A DNA stretch of 64,000 bases from the NCBI GenBank assembly GCA_010909165.1, contig VJWM01000117.1, positions 186,001-250,000 of the forward strand, written 5' to 3'. Source of the stretch: Anthoceros angustus. Lineage: Eukaryota; Plantae; Anthocerotophyta. This document shows, one piece after another, positions 23,688-33,684 of this stretch (the first letter of the stretch is position 1; every line of letters begins with the position of its first letter). A program made the position numbers and the translations under genes. The notes under the pieces were generated by a model, which was not told the origin of the DNA, searched no databases, and worked only from the letters and a program-made list of their open reading frames with translations.

Positions 23688-24266
23688 ATGAATTCTGCTG
23701 TGCATCACATGGAGCCCACGTTATTCGAGCTGTGGAGCCTCATGCTTATAGGGGTCACTGCAGCAGTGCTCTTCATAGCTCTCGCATTGGAAGACGCGAT
23801 GGTGCGCTCCCGAATTCATGGCCACACAAGCCAGGAGAGGCCTGTAGGCGATTCCACGGACGGAGAAGAGACCAGCGGCATCAGCACGGCGGAGTAAGCT
23901 CCAAGTCGTGGATGACCTTAACCACAGAAGAGACTTCAACTACATCTGCAGTTACTGAAGCAAAGTGGCCAACAACAACTGACAGAGACTTGCTGTACCA
24001 CCTACATAGTACACTGCAAAAATGTGACGAGGTGAGGAACGCACTTGACTCTGCAAGGGCTAGAATCGGCGGTAGAGCTTTCCAGCCAAGAAGCCCCGAT
24101 CACAGAAACCCGAGCTCACGGCGACGGATGCGAAGGAGAAGCGGTGATCAACGAACTAGAGCTTCTAGGTTACGGCTATCAACCCAGGACACCCGCAGAC
24201 GAGGAAGGTAAGTCCTTGCTAATGACAAGAATTGCTGATGATACTCACGATTTAATCAGGTCTTAA
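23688..24266 (+). pseudogene. Antisense ORF in the Copia-3 3' region with one predicted transmembrane segment
   Basis: MNSAVHHMEPTLFELWSLMLIGVTAAVLFIALALEDAMVRSR... chains by frameshifts to ...ELELLGYGYQPRTPADEEGKSLLMTRIADDTHDLIRS*. Confidence 0.5.
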
Positions 24267-25681
24267 GGATTCATCCACTGAGTACCCCAACATGAGAGAA
24301 CTGACAACCAACAACCACTGTGCAATAAGGAGGCACCACACACAACACAGAGAAGACGAGGGCCTCTGTAAACGATCTGGATTTCGAAACTCCTTGTTGG
24401 ATTGTGTCTTTGAGTGATTTTTTGTTTTTTTCTGCTAAGTTTGGTGTCAAAACGAGCTAGGTTGTCAGTAGGAAGGGATATTTATACTAGAAAGTGTCCT
24501 TGACCTATGAGTTTTGGGTTGTTTCACAGGTTGAATAATAATCGGTCCTTAGACTATGAACTCGATACTCCTTGGCCTTTGGTCTCGGAATATCTAATAG
24601 AAAGTCTATATATGTGGGAGGGGGTCCCCATATTTGGCGGTCCGTAGGCTAGAGGTCGAACCAAGGCGGTAGTTGAGCTGGTGTGTGGTCAGGGGTGTCT
24701 GGGGACTATGTTTGAAGGCGGTTGGCGGCTGGGGCGGTCGTGGAAGGAAGGAGCGGTCGCGGAAGAAGAAGTGGTGGCCGGTTGGCGTCGTAGAGTTTCA
24801 GGAAATATAACCCTAAGGGAACTCGGAAAGGCCGGTGGCGGTGGGTAGCTCAGACGATCCCACAGGCACGAGCTCGCAGGCATAAAGGCGAGGCCACAGT
24901 GGCGGCGGCGGGGCTCGCGATTCTGGAAGGAAGAAACCACAGGGGGCCCGGCCAAGTTGGAGATTGAGGCGAGTTATCAGCAATTCTTGTGGGTGAGGGT
25001 TTTGCAGAGCATGGCGCCCAAGGTTCTGCGAAATTTGGCGCCCAATGGCCAAATATGGACCATTGGAGGGTCAGGTGGAGGATTGGTGAGGGACTTGGGA
25101 TCATGGAAAAGCAGTGGAGAGTTTATGGGAGGATTTTCCGGATCGGACGAGGAAGGAGGACCCATAAATTCAGCAAAGGGCGAAGGCGAGGCGACCAAAT
25201 CGGAGGGAGTGCGGAGATAACATGGGCGGGGAGTAGTGGCATCCTAGGAATAGAACTTTGGATAGGATGCCATCTTGGACCTAAGGCCGTCCAAATTGTA
25301 GGCGCCTCTTGGCGTTGGCCGTTTTAGGACACGAAAGTCGGTGGCTATGGCGCGACAATTGTATAAAGGGGCTTGGTTGTGCCCCTCACATCGAGATAAC
25401 TCTGGTTGAGATCCCCACGCTGTGGCTGGTTGGAGCGTCCGATTGGTGGTGTGCGAGGCGCTCCTAGGGGTGGTCGAGCTTGCTCCATGGCCCAGGGGAG
25501 GAGGGGTGATAGAGCAATCTTGGCGACAAAGGAGGAGGAAACCAAGGGATTGGCGCGGGCGGGTCTGGAGCTTGCTCGTGCGCTTTGTGGCCTTGGGGTT
25601 CTTCTTTCCTTCACCCTTGTTCTTAGTTGTGTTCGAAATTGAGAGAAGTGTTGAGTGGATGGTTGGAAGCTGAGGCGAATT

Positions 25682-25703
25682 GAGAGAGAGAGAGAGAGAG
25701 AGA
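25682..25703. repeat. (GA)n microsatellite inside the solo LTR
   Basis: gagagagagagagagagagaga. Confidence 0.9.
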
Positions 25704-26084
25704 AGATTGGGTGAAGGAGTGATTGAACAGCAGCGATCACGAGGTGTAAGAGGAGTTGAGAAGGGAACTAATTGAGAGACTAACGGTGGAGATTTGTGTG
25801 GATCAAAAAGAATCCAAACCGGTCTTTTGGTGGAAGTGTGCACAAGAGGAAAGCATTCCTTGTGGAATTGTGTGAGTGTGGCGCCCTTTGTGTGTGTGTG
25901 TGAAGCGGTTGAGAGGATTTGTGGAACTTTGGTCCCTAGGAATCGGTGTGTGTGAAGTGTGGAGTGCACGAATAAAGTCGATCATCGATGGTAGCCGCCG
26001 TGGCGAGATCCAGGCGAAATAAGTCGCTAGGGTTTGGTGGGACCCACCGGTTCAAGCAACTACCGGTAGTGGTGAGAGCCACCG

Positions 26085-26150
26085 TCGTGGAATAAGATTT
26101 CGTGGAATAAGATTGGTGGTTGTGGAATAAGATCGTGGTGGAATAAGATC
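26085..26150. repeat. Short tandem repeat (gtggaataagat x4) inside the solo LTR
   Basis: Four gtggaataagat cores with variable 3-10 bp spacers. Confidence 0.8.
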
Positions 26151-26429
26151 GGTGGTAGTTGGACAAGTCGGGAGGTAGTAGTAGTTGAGTAGATAGGTAA
26201 GAGGTAATGCGGTGGTGAGTTTAGACAAGGTCGATGGTGATAGAAGTTAGCGTCTCTTGGCACAAACCATTCCCTTGGGAGCGAATCCTAAGCCTACAAC
26301 AACATTGAGGGTGAATGTGGACCTCATGGTGTCCCTAGACACAAATTCACACTCCACAGCCTCCCAAGCTTCAAGTTGATCTAGAGTAACAGTTGCAGGC
26401 CTCCATGCAGCATAGGTAGGTCATGTTGT

Positions 26430-28810
26430 AATGGGTGGCATAGAAAACACCCTGAGCCCAAGGGCAGCCATATGTTTGTAATGTTTCGTCTTGGGCAAGC
26501 CCTTAGTAAAGATGTCTGCCGTGTTATCCTCTGTACTAACTCAGCAACATCACGGACATAGTGATGATAGAGTTCAATATGTTTGGTTCTGGCGTGAAAC
26601 CTAGGATTGGACACAAGGGCAATAGCGGACATGTTGTCGCAGTAGAGAGTAGTAGGGTCAACCTGAGGTAAGTGAACTGCATCTAAGAACTGTCTTTCCC
26701 ACTCTAACTCTTTGCACGCATCTGTCAGGGCCTTGTACTCGGCCTCTGTTCAAGAGAGTGCCAACGACGACTGTTTCTTACAAGACCAATTGATAGCTCC
26801 CGAGGCAAGAAGAAACACATATGCGAGGCAGACTGCGAGAATCAAGATTAGAGGCGCCCTCGGCACTACGCAAATCTGTAGCAAGAACTCCCTTTGTCCC
26901 TTTGGATTCAGACAGGCACCATAATGCAAGGTGCCCTCACTATAATCCACATGGAGGCATGCCAGTAAGTTTTCACCCTGCTGAGGGTGTAGAAAGCTGA
27001 GGCGACATCCATGTTGAATCTTTTAAGAATCTCTTTAAGATACTTGGTTTGATGAAGGACCACTGACCCATGACTTCTATCACGCAGAATCTGAATGCCC
27101 AGGCAATATTGAAGAGATCCCTGGTCTGTCATCTCGAATTCAGAGCGAAGAAGAGATTTTACTTGGTCAAGGTGCTGCATACTGTCACTAAGGAGGATGG
27201 CATCATCCACATAGAGGGCCAGAATCACAAAGGAGTCTCCAGAGATGAGGTAAAACACATTGGTATCTGCAGGAGACTGAACGAAACCATGTTGCTTGAG
27301 GAATTTCATGATTCGTTTAAACCAGGCCCGAGGGCTTTGCTTGAGCCCGTAGATAGTTTTCAACAATTTGCACACCTTGTTTGGCCAGCGTTTGTCAACA
27401 AACCCTTCAGGCTGTTCCATAAAGAGAACCTCCTCCAATTCCCCATGGAGGAATGTTGTACAGACATCCATCTAATGGAGCTCAAGGTCGAACTCCGCAG
27501 CCATAGCAAGTAGTATACGGACAGATGGCGGCTTTACTACCGGCGAAAATGTATCCCCATAATCGATACCAGGTGTCTGCGAGAAGCCTCTAGCAACGCG
27601 ATTTATAACATGCAATCATTCCATCTGCTTTTAACTTAGTCTTGAAGACCCATTTGCAGGTGATCGACTTGCGGCCAGGTGGCAAGTCTGCCAGCTCCCA
27701 GGTATGATTTTTGATCAAAGAGTTATACTCTTCATCGATGGAAACTCGCCAGTGTTTGCCATCAGGTCCATTTAAAGCTTCAACATAGCTTTGAGGATCT
27801 GGTCTGACAATAGGAACATGCAGGTCAGCTACATGTACACTAGATCTGCGAAAATCAACCGATTGATAGGGTGGCTCAATCCAGTCCTCACGAGCCCTTC
27901 GTTCTCTTGTAGGGTATCGTGGAAGAGAATTAGCTGCTGGAATGGTTCCCTCTGGATCTACATCTCCCACAGGAGCAGGAGGTGCAGCATCCTCCATGTA
28001 GGTAACAGGGTCCATTTCAAGTGCTACAGAACCATTCTCTGAAAGTTCATCCTCTGCAGCATCGACGTGATCAGGTGTGTCAGGTAGCACATCATAGGTA
28101 ACATCCTCTATAGGAACGTTGTCAATATCACCATCATAAACAGGTTGGATGGCTCCATGTGTAGGTAATAGTACAGGCTCACCAAAGGCATCCAGGTCTG
28201 ACAACGGTTGTGGCTCTCCATCTGACACAGGGTAGGTTGTTGGAAGAGAATTTGATCAAGTTCAAACCTAGGATGCTAGCGAGAGAGTTCGTGGCGCTCT
28301 AACTGCTCCACATGAGAAGTTGTCCTGGGGTAAGTAATTCCTTGAAGGTGGCACTCCTAGACAGAACGATTTTGCGAACTTCAAGGTCATACAACTTGTA
28401 GGCCTTCGACTCCTCTGAGTAGCCAAGAAAGATCATCTTAGACCGCTATCTAACTTGCCTCGCTTTGGTCTGTGGATATAGGCAAAAGCAAGTGATCCAA
28501 AACCCTCAAGTGTAGGAGGCTAGGTTTACGACCCCACACTCATATGATGTCTACTGTGAAGGGCGGAAGTTACATATATGTATGCAGCATTCACTATCGC
28601 CTCAAAGAGGACTTAGAAGTGCGATCAGATAGCATCGCGCATACCCATCGCTGTCCGATTTTTCCTTTCTCACACCGCCACTGTTGGGTGTAGGAATCGA
28701 CGAGTGATGCCATGCCTTGGAACAACAGTCATCAAACTTTCTCCCAGTGAACTCGCCTCCATTATCGGTGCGGAAACACTTCACCTATTGGCCAGTTTAT
28801 AAGTTGGAAT
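26430..28810 (-). pseudogene. pol: Copia-3 INT, RT and RNase H
   Basis: FRTDNGGEF; WELADLPPGRKSITCKWVFKTK; MDV.T.FLHGELEE...YGLKQSPRAW...LYVDD; NPRFHARTKHIE. Confidence 0.92.
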
Positions 28811-29319
28811 GGCTTACGCTCCCAACAACTACAAGATTGCCTCCCTCTTGGCTGGATTGCTACTAGCATGCTACGCCTGCATCTTGATCCTCTCTTGGGG
28901 TCTTTACTCTAAGCATTGCTGTCTAAAAATGTATGCTCCCTCTTCAAGTGGAGGCGAGTCGCGTGGAGTCGAATGTCTTCATCAGGCGCAGTGGGTTCCG
29001 CTGAAAATATATCTGAAAGGATCCTCCACACCTCAGTGTGAAAAGCCGATGACATCGACTGGTATAAGTCCAAAGAGGAAGAGCTGCAGATGGAGAAGTC
29101 GGCATGCCGACGGAGAGCAATGATACTTGTAGGTCGTCCAATCAACGTGGGAGATACCCCACCCCCTGTTTCTTTCACCGGACTAAGGTTCGTGAGGCGA
29201 GGAGGGTAACCAAGGAAAAATACCACAAGCTGATGCAATGGGTGTTCCCCGAGGAAGAAGATGAGCACACCTACTACTACGAGTACAAGATCACAAACGA
29301 GAGTCTAACCAGGATGTAG
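28809..29319 (+). pseudogene. Antisense ORF of the Copia-4 remnant (copy 2)
   Basis: Homologous to 19886-20183 from 29002 onward, ending ...KLMQWVFPEEEDEHTYYYEYKITNESLTRM*. It is preceded by a hydrophobic stretch IASLLAGLLLACYACILILSWGLY that is not seen in copy 1. Confidence 0.45.
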
Positions 29320-29848
29320 GAATATTGGTGAGGGCTACCTGCAACAAGGGGAAATCCTGAGAACACTGCTACTGATTCTGGTGAAGAGGGAAAAGAAACC
29401 ATACCGGCTAAGGAAGAGACGACGGCTAGCTGTGAGTGTTGCTTCATCCACTCTGTGGGCTATGCACTTCCCTGGGGAGTTAGGAAATAAGTAGGGTTTC
29501 TGTTTTTTTTTAGGATTGAAGGATAAATAAGGCGGAAAAGGAGGAATAAATTGGGGTAGCGACGAGGCTCGGAGTATACTCGGACTCTGGAGTGAACAAC
29601 GGACCCCGGTACCACTATGGCAAGCTCGGACTACGCAGGAATGCAGGATAAGTCGGAACCCACTCCAGTCAAAATAGGATAAATGCCGGAAAGTAACCTA
29701 GGAGGCGGGCGTGAGGGCAGGCGGCGCCACGTGGGCGGCCACAGAGTGGAGGTCGGGCATGCATGAGGCCGGGGCCTTGCAGGCCGTTATAGCGGTATTC
29801 ACGCCCAGGCTGGCGTAAGGCGAAAAGCGGGCGTGGGTCGAGTAAGCC

Positions 29849-32530
29849 ATGCGGACCCACAGCGATTCTGGACAGCGCCTTCAGCTGATTACTTCCTGCG
29901 CGGCCAAGGAGGAGGTCAATTTGTGCGACCTCGGACAATCCTCACGGTCCCTTGCGCTCCATAATCCGGCTCTCTGGCGCTATCTTTTTGGGCGCGTCGG
30001 CAGGCGTTCGGTTGGCAACGAGCAGCGAAGGAGGAACATCGTGCGGCGGACTCGGCCCTGACAACAGAGGAGGAGAAAGCAATGGCACCCAAAAGCCGGA
30101 GTCAGCCATGGACCCTCGTGGGCGCAACATTGTGGCGCTATCCGGACTTGACCTGGAGGCGGATTGGTGCGAGTGGCATCTGGGCGTGTTCCAAATGGTG
30201 GACCTTTGACAAGCGTCACTCTAGTCGGGAGTTTGCGGAAGATCTTGGCGATCAACAAGGAGGTCGATCCAAGAACCTCCGGAGGACCAGGCGATGGACC
30301 TTGGAGGTCCACGAGGATGGCCTAGCCTTAGAAGGAGGAAGAAGGGGCGTGGTGCAGGCCCCTTAAGGCGAAGGGAAGATAGGGCCCGGCCAGTGGCGTC
30401 TTGAGGCACAGAGCGGACAACCAACGGATGGTTGATATCTGCGACGGTCGAGTAAGGCGGTAGCCGGATCATTGTCCATTGGAACACCTCACCAAGGTGG
30501 ATCACCTTGGTGATAACCCTGATGCGCTCGGTGAAGAGCGGTGGGGAAGGATTATCTTCGGTTGATCGAGCCGCAAGCTAAGGCGAAGCCCTCGCCATCG
30601 GTGACCCATACGATTCATGTATGGGGACATTTCGAGCTCTGAAGGAGGAGAGCTTGAGCGGGCGCTCGGGAAGGGGCTGGAGGCCACTGCCGGAAAGGCG
30701 TGCAAGGCGCCGAGGTGGGGGTCGTCCTTGAAGACCAAGCGGACTCGGGAGGAGGACGGCGGAGGATTCCGGACTCCATCGTGGGCGAACCCCTCACCAC
30801 CGGGGAAGTTTGGGAGGCGATTCCCCTCCTTTTGGTGCCCCCTCGGGAGGCGGCACGGGAGGGAGGCGAGGAGGCGTTGGCTCCGGCCAGCAGACAACCG
30901 GCGGCTGCTGAGCCCAGCGAACTCAGGGGCCGAGGCGGAAGGCGGTGCCGCTACCTGTGACCTCGGAAGGTGCGGTACCTTACCACCTTGCAGGTAAAAG
31001 AGGGGCGAAGGGCGCCCAAGGCGAGGAGGTCAGCGGCCACAGGTCTGTCCCCAGGAAGGGGCAAGAGCTTGCTCCGGACCCCTCACCTCCTCGAGCCGGA
31101 GAAAGAGGGCACAAAGGAGTTAGAGGCCAAGAGGCCAAGAGGGTGAGACTCGGACCTCACCACTCGGGACTGAGGTCTGATTAGGTCAGAGAACCCGTCC
31201 GGACTTACTCGGGGCGGTATGGAGGTCCTTGGCGGACCGAAATGCGGCTCCCACTACGGACTTTGTGGGGCCTCACGGTGGCGGTGGAAGAAACAGCGAG
31301 TCACAGCTACCGTCATGGACGGAATGCTTTGGGGTCTCTGGCAGTGGAGAAGACCCGAAGTGGAGGACCCGGAGGAGGATGGTGGAACTCAAGAGCAAGT
31401 GGCGGCCGGGGCAAAGGAAAGGCGGAGTCCCTCGCTCGGATCGAGGAAGGAAGCGCCGGGTGGCGGGATGAGGCCAGGCGGTTCGAGGCCGGGCCAAGGT
31501 TCTTCTTGTCTGAGCAGTGAAACAAGCTCGAGAGGCCCAAGGCGGAGGACCTTCTGCGGCGAAGGCGGCGGGGAGGCGGAGGCCGGGCACAAGCGAGAGC
31601 TCGGGACTGGCGGAGGCGGCCCGGCTAAAGGCCAGTGAGCCGGTAAAGCGGCGAAGAGTCGCCGCGTGAGCGGCAGGATCACTACGGGCGTGATCGGGCC
31701 GGTGGAGAGAGAGGCAGCGACGGAGGCTAACTCGAAGGCCGCGGCTATGGAGCGAGCAAGCCGGCCTCGGGAGATAGAGGATCTCAGATGTGCGAGGAGG
31801 TAGAAGAGGCGGATGGAGGCAAGAGGACCTGGAGCTACAACTCCAAGATCGTCGGGCGGTGATTCTCAACGAGAGAATCCACGACCTCGAGCACGAAATG
31901 TAAGCTGCCTCAAGACGGAGGAAAATCGGCGACTATCGAGTTGGGCGTTGCGGGCTCTGAAGGAGGCGGAGGAAGTCCGGTCGGACGGAGGTATCAGCTT
32001 TGGAGAGGGAGGCTGGCGGAGCTAAAGGCCGAGAATGAGCGGAGGCGCGAGCACTGGGCGAGAAAAGAAGGCTGGTCCGGTGAGAAAGGCGGAAGGGCTG
32101 CGCTATGGCGGTGGTGGCGATGGAAGGAAGCAGCGGCGGGAGGCGGTGAGGCGGCAGGTGTGGCGCGCCTTGTAGCCTCGCGTCTGATGGCTCCAAGTCA
32201 ATCTGGCGGGAGAGGTGGCCCAACAAGCCGGGCAAAAGACGCCCTCAACACTTATGGCGGAGGAGTATCGGGTGCTCGGGCACCGTGGAAGAGGCAATTC
32301 AACAAGTCGATTCGGACTTTGCCTATTACCAGCTCACGAGCGGTAGAAGCCTCTCGGCCCTGCAGACGGACCTGGAAGGCTCAAGGAGATGAAGGCCACG
32401 CAGGGGCAGCCAGGGACCCTAGTGGCCTGTTTGGAGATATGAGGAGGCGGGCGGAGGAGCGGAGGAGCGAGGGAGGCGGCGGATGCGCAGCACCCCGCAC
32501 CTCACCATGGAAGGAGGGCCAGCGAAGTCA
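29849..32530 (+). pseudogene. LTR(U3)-resident long ORF of unknown function, frameshifted in this assembly
   Basis: Chained frames include EWHLGVFQMV, RRKKGRGAGP, TVMDGMLWGL and an E/K/R-rich coiled coil. It lies upstream of the LTR TATA box, is repeated in the 3' LTR copies, and is homologous to 961-1254 plus 7399-9130. Confidence 0.6.
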
Positions 32531-32584
32531 CTGGGCGATCGGGAAGGAGGACTTGAGGGAGGCCAGGAGTCCGTGAGGGAGGAA

Positions 32585-32720
32585 AAGGGTGGGCGTGAGT
32601 CCGGACCCAGTCCGGACCCAGGAGGTCGGGACCACGTCCGGACCCGTGTCATCCGGACCACGAGGTCCGGACCCGAGAGACAAGGTCGGACCTAGTGGCG
32701 GACCCGAAATGCGGACTCCA
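32585..32720. repeat. Cluster of short gtccggacc repeats in U3 (also at ~57890-58000, ~60095-60185 and ~61085-61210)
   Basis: About eight (g)tccggac(c)-like words at irregular spacing, between the ORF end and the TATA box. Confidence 0.8.
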
Positions 32721-33073
32721 CGAGTTCGGGGAGTCGAGACCTCGAGGACCGGGCTGCGGCGATGAGGAGGAGCCCCTTGACTTACGCTAGGGCCGATGGG
32801 GTGGCCCCACCGGCGAAGGACCCGAGGGAGGCGAGGAGGATGGCGTCGTGTGTGGCGGTTGTCGAACCAGATAGCGGATTAGAGGAGGGGCCCGCCTCAC
32901 GGATCATCCGATTGGGTGCACAAGCTGTCGGGGAGAGTTGGACCACCCATTCCGGAGGCGGGGCCTTGACCCCTGTCTGAAGGAGATAGGAGATAGGGGA
33001 TAGGGGTAGGCGGCCGATTAGGGTATACCGAAAGCTATCACCGTAATAGGGGTAATAAAGGCACCTTGGGCGA

Positions 33074-33078
33074 TATAA
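33074..33078 (+). promoter_or_regulatory. Putative LTR TATA box (equivalent at 61567-61571)
   Basis: gatataagaggg is conserved in both LTRs ~540 bp before the LTR end. Confidence 0.6.
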
Positions 33079-33618
33079 GAGGGAGGCTCTAGTAAAGCAT
33101 CTTTCTCTTGGTGTTGATGCCGCGCTCTGCATTTTGTGAGTCTTCTTGCTAACGTGAGTCTGAGTCCGGCGAGCGCGACTCGGGAGATTGATCAAGGTCC
33201 GTGGCGGACTTAACGTTGTGGTGTGTGCGGGGAAGGGTGAGGTGATCGTGCTCGTCCGGGCAGCGGTCACCGAAACATGGGCAGCGTGGCCGGAGGAACT
33301 CGGGAGGGTGTAGAGCCGGACGGAGGCGCGGAGGAGGTCGGATGCGTAACCGTCTCTAAGGCGAGAGTGTAGTGAGAGGAGAGAGAAAGGATCGTGAAGG
33401 ATGTATGTGAGCAATCTGACGACGGGTCCCTAAGCGTTTAGCCATCACAAGACTGTCTGAAGCGTTGTGAGTAGTTAGGAGTATGTGTGTGTTGAGTGAG
33501 CAGCGCTAAGGGGCGGTAGAATCACAAAGCAGTGCAGGGCCTATCATTCCCTTGGGAGCGGACTTCTTCCTACAACGACACGGATTGTCGGCGCGGCCAT
33601 CGCAAAGTCCGCCACATT

Positions 33619-33635
33619 TTGGGCGTTGCGGGAAT
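33619..33635 (+). promoter_or_regulatory. PBS, tRNA-Asp type (second copy at ~35205-35218)
   Basis: tgggcgttgcgggaat and tggcgctgggaat are deleted versions of TGGCGCCGTTGCCGGGGAAT, the complement of the tRNA-Asp 3' end used by Athila elements. Confidence 0.7.
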
Positions 33636-33684
33636 GAAATCGGTGCGTGGTCGCAAAGTCGTCCTTAGGAGAGAAGGTAAGTGA

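Larger units (their letters stand above)
24367..26358 (+). mobile_element. Solo LTR (1992 bp) with perfect TSD GCCTC, Gypsy-related
   Basis: gcctc|tgtaaacg...actccaca|gcctc. TATA-like tgtataaa at ~25360. The U5 word cattcccttgggagcg is shared with the 29454 element. A second copy starts at ~63415. Confidence 0.88.
23300..28810 (-). mobile_element. Ty1/Copia element (Copia-3), 5'-truncated within integrase and split by a solo LTR; left LTR boundary uncertain
   Basis: LTR edge cccaaca at 23607 abuts the PPT complement ctccctcttaa (23608-23618). RNase H, RT and INT lie on the minus strand at 26430-28810. Confidence 0.8.
29454..33616 (+). repeat. 5' LTR (4163 bp)
   Basis: Starts tgtgggctatgcac (same as 49773 and 51705) and ends gtccgccaca (same as 62121-62130), followed by the PBS. 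Confidence 0.92.

Noticed and set aside
29849-32530. Calling the LTR ORF env
   Set aside because: No signal peptide or transmembrane segment was seen and the position differs from Athila env-like ORFs.
32585-32720. CRISPR-like short repeats (gtccggacc), and similarly gtggaataagat at 26085-26150
   Set aside because: Repeats are too short and irregularly spaced, there are no unique constant-length spacers or cas genes, and the context is a eukaryotic LTR.
33619-33635. tRNA gene
   Set aside because: Only a short complement of a tRNA 3' end (PBS), with no cloverleaf.
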